Below are positions 41,814 through 51,854 of a stretch of 64,000 nt of DNA, one piece after another. The stretch spans positions 32,001 through 96,000 of the forward strand of contig CBDCWP010000030.1 of the NCBI GenBank assembly GCA_965223505.1, in the 5' to 3' direction. The translations under genes and the position numbers were made by a program. The notes under the pieces were generated by a model that saw nothing but the letters and a program-made list of their open reading frames with translations, did no database searches and had not been told where the DNA came from. Every line of letters starts with the position of its first letter. Positions within the stretch are counted from its first letter, which is position 1. The stretch comes from Planctomycetota bacterium. Its GTDB lineage: Bacteria > Planctomycetota > PLA2 > JAEUHO01.

Positions 41814-43127
41814 CTAGCGCAGCGGGACGTCCTTGAGCACGACTTCGAGCTCCCCGTCCGACTCGCGGTCGAACCAGGTCACCCAGATCGCCTCCGGCTT
41901 GCCGATGCCCGCGCCGTAGGCCCGGCCGGTGAGGTTCAAGGTGCCGTCGGCGCTGTGCGAGCGCCCCCCCATCACGTGCAGCCGCTGTTCACGGCCGCCT
42001 GCCCAGCGCACGAAGATCTGCGCCGTCGTTCGGGCGAGCTGCTTGGGGAGTACGGCCACCAGCTCGACGACCCAGGACCCGGTCTGGTTCTCCACCGGCT
42101 CGAAGGAGCGCAGCTCCACCGACCCTTCGGTGCCGGGCTCGACGTCCTTCCCGTCCTTGGTGCGGCAGCGCGGCAGCTTCTCGATGTCGTCGAACCGGAC
42201 GGTGTGCGCCACATGGCGGATGCGCATCGGGAACTTCACGACGAGCTTCGCGAGCTTCTCGTGAAAGACGTCCGTCGTCGGTTGGAAGGTCACATTGACC
42301 GAGCGCGAGGATTGCATCGGTGAGACGCCGTACGTGACGCGCCCTTTGGTGGTCGCTCGAAACGCGTTTCCTGCGGTGTCCTCGGCCGCGGTCACCGTCG
42401 GCGTGCTGAGCTGCGAGACCGCGACGCTGGGAACCCACCAGACGTCGAGGGTCAACGAGTAGTGCGGCTTGGCCGTGCTGGTGAGCGCGCGCGTGCTGGT
42501 GACCTCGGTGACCCGCACGAGCACGGGTCCGGCCGCCGCCTGCGGCACGACGACGGCCTCCGCATCGCGGTGGACGAGACGCGCGTGCCCGGCGCCGTCG
42601 AACGGCCCTTTCATCGAGAGGTCCGCCCGCTTCAGCAACATGCGCAGCGCTTCGAAGTAGGGCTCGTTCTCGATCTCGCCCCCGCTCTCGGGCGGCGTCC
42701 AGTCGTCGGGCATCTCGAAGCGGCCACCGAACTGACGCCCCAGGTCCTTGAGCGTCGCGTCGGAAGCGGGCAGCGTCACGCGGCCGATCGCCGCCAGGTC
42801 GCCCGGCGCGACCGGCGCGGTCTTCGTCGGCTCGCCGCCGAGCAGCAGGCGCACCGTGCGACGCACCTCCGGGTCCTCGTCGTCGGCGACGGCTTCGAGG
42901 AGGTCGCGCGCCTTCGTGCCATAGCGCTGCAGTCCGTGACGGGCCGTCTGACGCGTCGCGAACGAATCGGAGCGCAGATCCTCGATCCACTGCTTGACGT
43001 GCGTGCGCAGTGCCTCGCCCTGGAGCGCGGGCGGGATCTGCGGCTCGTCGGCCCGCGCGTCCGGTATGCGAACCGGCGCCGAGAGGGCGCACGCCAGGAG
43101 AAACAGAAGTCCGGCGCGGCGGTTCAT
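41814..43127 (-). CDS. Secreted hypothetical protein with an N-terminal HEAT-like repeat
   Basis: Signal peptide; IEDLRSDSFATRQTARHGL...DEDPEVRR; beta-rich C-terminus. Confidence 0.7.
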   Translation of the reverse strand: MNRRAGLLFLLACALSAPVRIPDARADEPQIPPALQGEALRTHVKQWIEDLRSDSFATRQTARHGLQRYGTKARDLLEAVADDEDPEVRRTVRLLLGGEPTKTAPVAPGDLAAIGRVTLPASDATLKDLGRQFGGRFEMPDDWTPPESGGEIENEPYFEALRMLLKRADLSMKGPFDGAGHARLVHRDAEAVVVPQAAAGPVLVRVTEVTSTRALTSTAKPHYSLTLDVWWVPSVAVSQLSTPTVTAAEDTAGNAFRATTKGRVTYGVSPMQSSRSVNVTFQPTTDVFHEKLAKLVVKFPMRIRHVAHTVRFDDIEKLPRCRTKDGKDVEPGTEGSVELRSFEPVENQTGSWVVELVAVLPKQLARTTAQIFVRWAGGREQRLHVMGGRSHSADGTLNLTGRAYGAGIGKPEAIWVTWFDRESDGELEVVLKDVPLR

Positions 43128-43143
43128 GGGTTCTTCGACGGTG

Positions 43144-45177
43144 CTAGACGGCGACCTGTTCCTTCTTGTGCCTCGCGATGATGTCGTTGGCCAGGTGCGA
43201 CGGCACCGGGTCGTAGTGGGCGAGCTTGAAGCCGTAGTCGCCCTCACCGGCGGTGAGGGAGCGCAGCTCCGTGCTGTAGTTCATCATCTCGGCGAGCGGC
43301 ACCTCGGCCTTGATCTGCGCCATGTCCTCTTCCTGGTTCATGCCCAGGATGCGGCCGCGGCGGCTGTTCAGGTCGCCGGAGATGTCGCCCATGAAGCGCG
43401 ACGGCACCTCGATCTCGACCTCCATGATCGGCTCGAGCAGAACCGGCCGGGCGGTCTCCACGGCGGCGCGGAACGCCGCGGCCCCCGCGAGCTTGAACGA
43501 GAACTCGTCGCTATCGACGTCGTGGAACTTGCCGAAATGCACGATGGCGCACACGTCGACGAACGGGTAGCCCGCCAGGACCCCCTTCGAGCACTGCTCG
43601 ACGACGCCCTTCTCGACCGCCGGAATGAACTGACGCGGAATCGCGCCGCCGACGACCTCGTCCTTGTACTCGAAGCCCTCGCCGCGTCCCTTGGGCTCGA
43701 CCTTGAGGTGCACCTCGGCGAACTGGCCCCGGCCGCCCGACTGCTTCTTGTGCCGGTGCATGCCCTCACCCTTCGCGGTGATCGTCTCCAGGTACGGGAT
43801 GCGCGGCTGGCGCGTGACGGTCTCGACCTTCTTGCGCGCGAGACGCTTCAGCATGATGTCGACGTGCAGCGCGCTCATGCCGCGCACGACCATCTCGCCG
43901 GTGGATTCCTCGCGCTCGGCGATGAAGGACGCGTCGCCGTCGGCGAGCTTGTGCAGCTCCGGTCCGAGCTTCGCCTCGTCGTTGCGGTTCTTCGGTTCGA
44001 TGGCCAGGGTGACCTTCGGGTACGGCGCCGGGATCGCGGCGAACGTCCAGTCGGCGCTGCCGTCGGTGATCGTGTCGCCGATCTGGACGTCCTCGACCTT
44101 CGCGACCGCGACGAGATCGCCCGCCGACGCGTTGGGGACGGCCTGCATCTCCTTGCCCTGGGTGTCGAGCAGATCGCCGATGCGCTCGGTCTTGCCCGTG
44201 CGGGTCACCACGAACTGCGTCTTGCCCGGCAGGGAGCCGCTCCAAACCCGCAGGTACGACAGCTTGCCGACGTGCGGGTCGATCTGGATCTTCCAGACCT
44301 GCGCGGAGAACGGCCCGTCGGCCTTCACGGCGACGTCGTCGCCGGCCTTGTTGGTCGCCTTGCGCATGACCTCGCCGTGGCGGTTCGTGGCGTGCGGGCA
44401 GTCCTTCGTGATGAAGTCGAGCAGCTTGCGCATGCCCACGCCCTTCTCGGCGGACACGTGCAGGACCGGGACGATGTTGCCCTGGCGCAGCGCGCGCGGG
44501 AACGCGTCGGCGAGCTCCTGCTTGGAGACCTCGCCGGTCTCGAAGTAGCGCTCGAGCAGATCGTCGTCGCACTCGACCACGCGGTCGGTGGCCTGCTGCC
44601 GGTACTCCGCGGCCTGCATCTCGAGGTCGTCGCTCAGGCCTTCGGCAAAGATGTCGTAGACCTCCGAGGCGCTCGAGCCGAACGCGTCCGGCAGGTTCAT
44701 CGGCACGGCGCGCTCGCCCATCGCCGACTGGATCGACGCGTAGAGCTCGTCCGGCACGATGTTCTCGCCCTCGATGCGCGTGATCAGCACCACGCACGCC
44801 AGGCCCTGGTCGCGCGCGTAGCGGAACAGCCGGCGCGTGGCGACGCCGACGCCGTCGTGGGCGTTGACGCAGATGATGGCCGTCTCCGAGGCCGCGAGGC
44901 CGCAGACCGCCTCGCCGACGAAGTCGAGCGCGCCGGGCGTGTCGACGATGTTGACCCGCTTGCCTTCCCACGTGAGGTGCATCGGCGTGGCGATGATCGA
45001 CTGCTGGCGTTCCTTCTCGTCCTCGTCCCAGTCCGAAACCGTGTTCTTCTCCGGCACGCTGCCCTTGCGGGAGACGGCCTTCGCGAGGTGGAGCATCGTC
45101 TCGGCGAGCGTCGTCTTCCCCGCCCCACCGGCGCCGACAAGGGTCACATTGCGTACATCGTCAGGGCTCTTGGCCAT
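43144..45177 (-). CDS. fusA: Elongation factor G paralog (EF-G II / EF-G-like)
   Basis: GAGGAGKTT, RQQSI, DTPGALDF, KKQSGGRGQF, FHDVDSDEFSF, LLEPIM; start ATG 45177. Confidence 0.9.
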   Translation of the reverse strand: MAKSPDDVRNVTLVGAGGAGKTTLAETMLHLAKAVSRKGSVPEKNTVSDWDEDEKERQQSIIATPMHLTWEGKRVNIVDTPGALDFVGEAVCGLAASETAIICVNAHDGVGVATRRLFRYARDQGLACVVLITRIEGENIVPDELYASIQSAMGERAVPMNLPDAFGSSASEVYDIFAEGLSDDLEMQAAEYRQQATDRVVECDDDLLERYFETGEVSKQELADAFPRALRQGNIVPVLHVSAEKGVGMRKLLDFITKDCPHATNRHGEVMRKATNKAGDDVAVKADGPFSAQVWKIQIDPHVGKLSYLRVWSGSLPGKTQFVVTRTGKTERIGDLLDTQGKEMQAVPNASAGDLVAVAKVEDVQIGDTITDGSADWTFAAIPAPYPKVTLAIEPKNRNDEAKLGPELHKLADGDASFIAEREESTGEMVVRGMSALHVDIMLKRLARKKVETVTRQPRIPYLETITAKGEGMHRHKKQSGGRGQFAEVHLKVEPKGRGEGFEYKDEVVGGAIPRQFIPAVEKGVVEQCSKGVLAGYPFVDVCAIVHFGKFHDVDSDEFSFKLAGAAAFRAAVETARPVLLEPIMEVEIEVPSRFMGDISGDLNSRRGRILGMNQEEDMAQIKAEVPLAEMMNYSTELRSLTAGEGDYGFKLAHYDPVPSHLANDIIARHKKEQVAV

Positions 45178-45384
45178 AGCGCTCTCCAGCCGCGAATCAG
45201 GGGTCCTGGGGATACCGGCAACGTCGGGAGCGGTCAACCTGTGACAGCCCCGGGCCCCCGATCTTCTGGGGTTTTACGCCGTCTTGCGACCTTTGCGCCC
45301 GTCGGACGGAGGCCGATGTTGGGACGCCCCCGCGGCCCCCCTACACTCGCGCCCGCGGGCGGAGGGGACGCCCGCAGGAGTGTG

Positions 45385-47388
45385 ATGGCCGCGACGAGCC
45401 CTCAGAGTCCGAACGACGCGCCGGAGGCGGACGGCGCGACGAAACGCGGCGGGTTCCGGCGCAACGTGCACGAGATCCTGCGGTTCGCCCGCCCGCACTG
45501 GAAGCCGATCGTGTTCTCGATCGTGCTGATGTCGGTCCAGTCGTTCATGAGCAGCGCGCGCATCATCCTGATGCTGCCGGTCTTCACGCGGGTGCTCGAC
45601 GTCGAGACGACCTATCAGGCCGAGGAGGCGACGGCGGACGACAAGGAGGCCGGCGAGAAGGTCAAGATGGTCAAGGACAGCAGTCCGTGGCTCTTCCAGG
45701 CCATGGACGGGCTCGTCGCGCACGTCAACGGCATGACGAAGGAGTTCGTGCCGGACAGCTGGCTCAAGACCTCGTCCACCGACCCGCCCGAGGCGCGCGA
45801 GCAGGAGCGCGACAAATTCGCGACGCTGTTCACGATCGGGCTGCTGTTCGTGATCGTCATCGGGACGATGTGCGCTGCGACGTACGGAGAGACGTACCTC
45901 GCGCAGATGGCGCAGCTGCGGATCCTCATGGACGTTCGCGAGGGCGTGACGCGGCGGATCCTGGACCAGCCGGTGTCGTTCTTCGACGCGCGCAAGCGCG
46001 GCGAGCTCGTCCAGCGCGTGCTCGGCGACGTCGTCGGCTACGGCAGCGGGCTGGCGTTGCTCTTCAACCTCGTGCGCACGGTGATCAACCTGCTCGCGCC
46101 GCTCGTCGCCCTGTTCCTCATCTCGCCCAAGCTGATGCTCTTCGCCGTGATCGCGATCCCGTTTCTGGCGCCGATGCGTCGGCTCTCGGCCCGGACGCTG
46201 AAGCGCTCGCACAAGCGGCAGCAGGAGACGACGCGCCTGGTCGAGGTCCTGCTGCAGGTGTTCTCGGGCATCCGCATCGTGAAGGCGTTCGGCGCGGAGG
46301 AGCGGCGCGCGCAGGAGTTCCGCGCGACGGACGAAGACGTCACGCGGCGCGCGCTGAAGGTGCAGCGCGCGAAGTCCACCGCGAATTCGCTCATCACGCT
46401 GCTCAACAACCTGCTCGTGATGGTGATCATCGTCGGCGCCGGCTGGGCCAGCATGGCCGGCATCTGGGATGTCGGCACCGGCACGCTCATCGTGTTCATG
46501 ATGCTGATGGCGACGATGTACCAACCCATCAAGCGCATCGTGAAGCAGTTCAACAACCTGATCGACGCGATGGCCAGCGTCGAACGCACGACCGAGTACC
46601 TGGAGATGCCGAGCGGAGCGACCGACGCGCCCGGCGCGATCGCGTATCCGGGCATGCAGGATGCGATCCGGTTCGAGAACGTCGACTTCGCGTACGTCGA
46701 GGGCGAGCCGGTGCTGCGGGACGTGTCGTTCGAGATCCCCAAGGGATCGACGGTGGCGCTGGTCGGGCCGTCGGGCGGCGGCAAGTCGACGATCTGCGAC
46801 CTGTTGCTGCGCTTCCACGAGCCGACGAACGGCCGCGTCGCCATCGACGGCAAGGACACGCGCGAGTTCAAGCGCAGCACCTACCTCGCCCGCACCGCGG
46901 TGGTGACGCAGTCGCCGTTCCTGTTCCATACGAGCATTCGCGAGAACATCCGGCAGGGCAGTGACGGCGCCACGGACGCCGACGTCGAGAACGCCGCCAA
47001 GGCGGCCCAGATCCACGACGAGATCCTCAAGATTCCGCGCGGCTACGACGAGCTGGTCGGCGACCAGGGAGTCCGGCTGTCGGGCGGCCAGCGCCAGCGC
47101 ATGACGATCGCGCGCGCGATCGTGCGCGACCCGGAGATCCTCGTCCTGGACGAGGCGACGTCGAGCCTGGACACGGCGAGCGAGAAGGCGGTGCAATCGG
47201 CGCTCGACGCGTTGCGGGAAGGACGCACGACACTGGTGGTCGCGCACCGGCTCTCGACGATCCGCAACGCGGACCGCATCATCGTGCTCGAAGACGGACG
47301 CGTCATCGATCAAGGCACGCACGAGGAGCTCATCGCCCGCGGCGGCCTCTACGCCGAGCTCGTCAAGCTGCAGGACGTCTCCGCGTGA
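45385..47388 (+). CDS. ABC exporter, MsbA-like (TMD plus NBD)
   Basis: TM domain; GPSGGGKS, LSGGQRQR, LVLDEATS; start after AGGAG. Confidence 0.9.
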   Translation: MAATSPQSPNDAPEADGATKRGGFRRNVHEILRFARPHWKPIVFSIVLMSVQSFMSSARIILMLPVFTRVLDVETTYQAEEATADDKEAGEKVKMVKDSSPWLFQAMDGLVAHVNGMTKEFVPDSWLKTSSTDPPEAREQERDKFATLFTIGLLFVIVIGTMCAATYGETYLAQMAQLRILMDVREGVTRRILDQPVSFFDARKRGELVQRVLGDVVGYGSGLALLFNLVRTVINLLAPLVALFLISPKLMLFAVIAIPFLAPMRRLSARTLKRSHKRQQETTRLVEVLLQVFSGIRIVKAFGAEERRAQEFRATDEDVTRRALKVQRAKSTANSLITLLNNLLVMVIIVGAGWASMAGIWDVGTGTLIVFMMLMATMYQPIKRIVKQFNNLIDAMASVERTTEYLEMPSGATDAPGAIAYPGMQDAIRFENVDFAYVEGEPVLRDVSFEIPKGSTVALVGPSGGGKSTICDLLLRFHEPTNGRVAIDGKDTREFKRSTYLARTAVVTQSPFLFHTSIRENIRQGSDGATDADVENAAKAAQIHDEILKIPRGYDELVGDQGVRLSGGQRQRMTIARAIVRDPEILVLDEATSSLDTASEKAVQSALDALREGRTTLVVAHRLSTIRNADRIIVLEDGRVIDQGTHEELIARGGLYAELVKLQDVSA

Positions 47389-47481
47389 CCGCGCTGAAGC
47401 GCGGGCCGTAGCAGAGGCCGAAGGACGAAGGCAGGCCACCGGCGAGGCCCGTAAGGCGGCCTCGGCCGGGAACGGCTCCTC

Positions 47482-48273
47482 CTAGGACCGGAGTCCGCGC
47501 TCGCAGAACACGGGACGCTTCTGGCCGTAGTACGCCGCGTGCTTCTCGCGGCCGCCCGATCCGCGCACCTCGTGCCAGATGTGGAACACGTCGTTGCGGG
47601 TGTAGAGGTTGCGAACCACGCAGCGCGGCTCGTGGCGCATGGCGCGGTCGCGCATGTCGCTGTCCTCGCCCACGCCCCACGACTCGAAGCGCTCGTCGAA
47701 GCCGTTCAGGCCCTCGAGCAGCGCGCGGTCGAAGGCCATGTTGAGCCCGAGCACCTTTGGCCGGTTCTTGCGGCGCAGCCAGACGCCCCAGCGGCTCTTG
47801 CGGCGGCGCTTGCGCAGGTCGGCCATGTCGGCGGACGTGGCGAGCGTCTCGAACCGGCCGTTGTCGATGTCGTCGGCGGTCAGCGACGACGACGCCTCTT
47901 GGGAGAGCCGCACGGCGCCGCCGACGTGGAAGCTGAGCGGGGCGTGGGCGTCGAGGTGCCGCTGAACGAAGTGCGCCGGCGGGATGCAGTCGCCGTCGCT
48001 GAAGATCAGCAGGGGCTCGGTCGAGCGGCGCACGGCCTCGTTCAGGATGCGGTTCTTGCGGAAGCCCTCGTCGGCCTGCCGGACGTAGTCGACTTCCACG
48101 CCGGCCACGTCGCCGAACTTCGCGACGAACGCGTCGGTGCCGTCCGACGAACCGTCGTCGGCGATCGTCAGGGCGAAGTCGCCGGACGTCTGGCGCAGGT
48201 AGCCGCGCAGCGCCAGCCGCAGGAACGGCAGCTGGTTGTAGGCGGCGACGATGACGCGGGCCTTCGCTGTCAT
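47482..48273 (-). CDS. Glycosyltransferase family 2
   Basis: IVAAYN, ADDGSSD, FSDGDC, GFDERFESWGVGEDSD. Confidence 0.9.
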   Translation of the reverse strand: MTAKARVIVAAYNQLPFLRLALRGYLRQTSGDFALTIADDGSSDGTDAFVAKFGDVAGVEVDYVRQADEGFRKNRILNEAVRRSTEPLLIFSDGDCIPPAHFVQRHLDAHAPLSFHVGGAVRLSQEASSSLTADDIDNGRFETLATSADMADLRKRRRKSRWGVWLRRKNRPKVLGLNMAFDRALLEGLNGFDERFESWGVGEDSDMRDRAMRHEPRCVVRNLYTRNDVFHIWHEVRGSGGREKHAAYYGQKRPVFCERGLRS

Positions 48274-48389
48274 GGCATGAGCGTAACGCCGTTTGCTTGA
48301 TCCCCACGTCCCTTCGGCGCCGGGCGCGGGAACGCATTCCTGTGGAGCCTCGATCCGGGCGCATATCCTCGCCGGGAACGGGCGGCCCC

Positions 48390-49763
48390 ATGCTTTTCAG
48401 CTCTCACATCTTCATCTTGGCATTCCTGCCGCTCGCCTTGGGCGCGTACTACTTCCTCGCCGGTCGTCAGCGGGCGCGCCAGTGGCTGCTCGTCTTGGCG
48501 TCCCTGATGTTCTACGGGTGGTGGGACGTGCGGCTGCTGCCGTTGCTCGTGGGTTCGATCGCCGTCAACTGGCTGCTCGTGCAGGCGTTCGGGCGTAGTC
48601 GCCGGCGCGTCTTGATGACGCTCGGCGTCGTCCTCAACCTCACGCTCATCGGCATCTTCAAGTACGCCGACTTCTTCGCGGGGAGCCTGCTGCCGCTCGT
48701 CGGCCAGGAACATCGCTCCTTCGACATCATCCTTCCGCTGGGGATCAGCTTCTTCACGTTCCAGCAGATCAGCTACCTGGTCGACCTGAGCCGCGGCGAG
48801 AAGGCCGTGTACGACTTCCGGCGCTACTTGCTGTTCGTGACGTTCTTCCCGCAGCTCATCGCCGGGCCGATCGTGCGCCACGACGAGATCATCTCGCAGT
48901 TCGATCTCGATCCCCTGCGCGAGGGCCTGTGGGAGCGGCTGTCCAAGGGCGCGGTCTTCTTCGTCTTCGGGCTCGCGAAGAAGGTCTGGCTGGCGGACCA
49001 GATCGCGGCCATCGCCGATCCGCTGTACCAACGCTCGTTCCTCGGCGAGTCGCTCACGCTGGCGGAGAGCTGGCTGTGCGCGGCCGGTTTCGCGACGCAG
49101 GTCTACTTCGACTTCTCCGGCTACTCCGACATGGCCATCGGGCTCGGCCTGCTGTGCGGCTTCATGTTGCCGCTCAACTTCAACGCGCCGTTCCAGGCGA
49201 CCGACATTCGCGACTTCTGGCGCCGCTGGCACATGACGCTCTCGCGCTTCTTGCGCGACTACCTCTACTTCCCGTTGGGCGGCGCGCGTTGCAGCAAGCC
49301 GCGGCAAGCGTTCAACGTGATGGTCACGATGCTCTTGTGCGGGCTCTGGCACGGCGCCGGCTGGGGCTACGTGCTCTGGGGCGGCTGCACCGGCGTCGGG
49401 CTCATCGTTCACAGCGTGTGGCGCCGGTACGCGTCGATGCCCGCGCTGCCCGGGTGGTTCCTCACCCTGATGTTCTTCTACGTCACGATGGTTCCGTTCC
49501 GTGCGCAGAGCGGTGAGTCGGGCGTGAGCCTCCTCGCGTCGATGTTCGGCGCGCACGGGCTCGGCACGCTGGACCTCGGCGACCTGTGGCCCCTCTGGAT
49601 CGGGATGGTCGTGTCGGTCGTGGGACCGACGAGCCAGCAGCTCGTCCTGCAGCGACTGCGGCCGCGCAGGTGGATCCCGGTGGCCGTCGGCACGGCGCTC
49701 GCGCTCGTCGTCTTCTGGATCGGTGGAGCAGTTCAAAACGAGTTCGTCTATTTCCAGTTCTGA
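48390..49763 (+). CDS. MBOAT O-acyltransferase (AlgI/DltB-like)
   Basis: LPLGISFFTFQ, FFPQLIAGPI, YFDFSGYSDMA, FWRRWHMTLS, GLWHGA. Confidence 0.95.
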   Translation: MLFSSHIFILAFLPLALGAYYFLAGRQRARQWLLVLASLMFYGWWDVRLLPLLVGSIAVNWLLVQAFGRSRRRVLMTLGVVLNLTLIGIFKYADFFAGSLLPLVGQEHRSFDIILPLGISFFTFQQISYLVDLSRGEKAVYDFRRYLLFVTFFPQLIAGPIVRHDEIISQFDLDPLREGLWERLSKGAVFFVFGLAKKVWLADQIAAIADPLYQRSFLGESLTLAESWLCAAGFATQVYFDFSGYSDMAIGLGLLCGFMLPLNFNAPFQATDIRDFWRRWHMTLSRFLRDYLYFPLGGARCSKPRQAFNVMVTMLLCGLWHGAGWGYVLWGGCTGVGLIVHSVWRRYASMPALPGWFLTLMFFYVTMVPFRAQSGESGVSLLASMFGAHGLGTLDLGDLWPLWIGMVVSVVGPTSQQLVLQRLRPRRWIPVAVGTALALVVFWIGGAVQNEFVYFQF

Positions 49764-50802
49764 TTCGCTCGCTTGGAAGCGGTTCTTCCGGCAAACGCTC
49801 CTTTGGACCGTCGGCGCGGGAGTCCTTCTGTACGCATGGATCGTCGTCGTCGATCCGTACGACACGCTGCACGTGTCGCCCGACCTCGACCGCGCGCCGC
49901 TGGCCATGGACGCCCGGCCCTGGTTCCACGCGCTCGCGCGCGACCCCGCCTTCGACAGTGCGGTCATCGGCACGTCGACGAGCCGCCTGCTCAAGCCCGA
50001 CGAGCTCAATCAGGTGTTCGACGCGAGATTCGCGAACCTGTCGATGAACGAAGCGACCGAACACGAGCAAAGCCGCGTGTTCGACGTCTTCGTGCGGCAC
50101 CACGACCAGATCAAGGTGGTGATCATCGGCGTCGGCCGCTACTGGTGCACCGAGGGCGATGCGCCGCCCAAGTACGCGCACTATGTGTTCCCCGAGCACA
50201 TGTACGACGACGACCCGTGGAACGACTACGCTCCGATGCTCAGCTTCAAGGCGTTGCGCGCGTCGCTCAAGCAGTTCGCCACGATCGCGCTCGGCCGGCG
50301 CCGCCGGTGGGGTCCGGACGGCTACCAGCGCTTCGTCCCTGACGGCACGGCCTACGATCTCGACAAGGCACGGGCGTACATCTACGGGGACAGCGAATTC
50401 GACCCGTCGCCGGTCGCGGATCCCGTGGTTCTCGACGACGCCGAGCGCGAAACCCTGACGTTCCCGTCGCATCCGCTCCTGGCGCGCATGCTCGCCTCGC
50501 TTCCCGAGGCGACGCTGAAGATCGTCTACTTCGTGCCGTTCCACGTCGCGGAGCAGCCGCGGCCGGGATCGCGCGCGGCAGCCGTGCTCGACGTCGCCAA
50601 ACAACGCATCGCTGACATCGCGCGCGAAACGCCCAACGCGCACTGCGTGGACTTCCTGATTCCAAGCGTCATCACGAAGACCGATACCAACTATTGGGAC
50701 CCGGTGCACTACACGGTCGAGATCGCGTCCGCGCTCGCAACGATGCTCGGGGACGCGACGAGGGGCGTCGAAAACGACGACGCGTATCGAATCCTGCGCT
50801 AG
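49723..50802 (+). CDS. Periplasmic SGNH-like partner of the MBOAT (AlgJ/DltD-like role)
   Basis: N-terminal TM, VVVDPY, IGTSTS serine block, C-terminal WDPVHY (DxxH); overlaps the MBOAT gene. Confidence 0.7.
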   Translation: MEQFKTSSSISSSDSLAWKRFFRQTLLWTVGAGVLLYAWIVVVDPYDTLHVSPDLDRAPLAMDARPWFHALARDPAFDSAVIGTSTSRLLKPDELNQVFDARFANLSMNEATEHEQSRVFDVFVRHHDQIKVVIIGVGRYWCTEGDAPPKYAHYVFPEHMYDDDPWNDYAPMLSFKALRASLKQFATIALGRRRRWGPDGYQRFVPDGTAYDLDKARAYIYGDSEFDPSPVADPVVLDDAERETLTFPSHPLLARMLASLPEATLKIVYFVPFHVAEQPRPGSRAAAVLDVAKQRIADIARETPNAHCVDFLIPSVITKTDTNYWDPVHYTVEIASALATMLGDATRGVENDDAYRILR

Positions 50803-51794
50803 CCGGACCAGGCGCGCTCGACGGGGAGCTTGCCGACCTCTTCGAACAGCCGCTCGTAGCCGCCGGTATTCGGCAGGGGGTACGTCGCGAACACGGGCTT
50901 GCCGAAGTCCTCGGTCGGCCGGAAGCCGTCGAGCGCACGGCAGACGCCGATGCGGCGGGCGCACAGCGGCTTGCCGAGCGCCACCGCATCGAGCATCGAG
51001 AAGCCGAGCGTCTCCGACTGCGAGAAGCAGACGTAGCCGGCGCAGGCGTGATACAGCCGATAGAGCTCGTCGCGCGACGGCGCCTCGACGAGCCGGAGCC
51101 GCGGGTGTTCGACCGACGCCACGTTCGCCAGGATGTTGCGCGCGTACTTCTTCTTGCGCCGCGCGAACGTGATGGGGTCGTAGCACCAGACGAGCTGTTT
51201 GTCCGTCGCGTCGAGGAACTCGACGATGTGCTGGTGGCCCTTGATCTCCCCGTACGGCGTGAACGCGGTGAGGTACACGTCTTCGGGCGGCACGTCGCCC
51301 TCGATCGCGGGCATCGTCGGGAACGGGTCGGGCAGTGCGACCACGTGCGGCCGCGGCAACGCCTCGTCGCGCGGCGTTTCGCAATGCAGGACGTCCGTGA
51401 TCGACAGGTACTTGCGGCGGGGATCGAGATCGAGGACGACGCGCGGGCTGCCGACGCGCTCGAGCCGCGGCAGCCAGCGGCGACGGCCCAACCCCGAGGG
51501 CATGATGTAGGCGAAGTCGTAGTCCGCCGTCGCGACGGCATCGTTCCAGTCCTTGCTCTCGAGCACGCGCAGCGTCTCGGACGGTTCGACGTCGTAGGGC
51601 CCCGGCGGCATGTTGGTGTGCTCGAAGACCGCCGTGCAGGTGTAGCCCGAGTCGCGGACCCAATCCGCAAAGATCCGCGTCAACCGCTCGACGCCCCCGA
51701 CACCCCCGAGAAACGGCGCGACGAACAGGATGCGCCCGCGCTCGCCGGGCGGCAGCGGTTCAGCCTTCGATCGGGACCACGGGAGCGGCGCCAT
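50799..51794 (-). CDS. Glycosyltransferase, GT4-like
   Basis: GGVGGVER, IKGH, SETLGFSMLDAVALGKP. Confidence 0.8.
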   Translation of the reverse strand: MAPLPWSRSKAEPLPPGERGRILFVAPFLGGVGGVERLTRIFADWVRDSGYTCTAVFEHTNMPPGPYDVEPSETLRVLESKDWNDAVATADYDFAYIMPSGLGRRRWLPRLERVGSPRVVLDLDPRRKYLSITDVLHCETPRDEALPRPHVVALPDPFPTMPAIEGDVPPEDVYLTAFTPYGEIKGHQHIVEFLDATDKQLVWCYDPITFARRKKKYARNILANVASVEHPRLRLVEAPSRDELYRLYHACAGYVCFSQSETLGFSMLDAVALGKPLCARRIGVCRALDGFRPTEDFGKPVFATYPLPNTGGYERLFEEVGKLPVERAWSG

Positions 51795-51854
51795 GGCGCG
51801 GAGTCTACCGGCGCGGTTCGTCGGATTCGGCAGTTCGCCCCTAAGATGCGCGCC

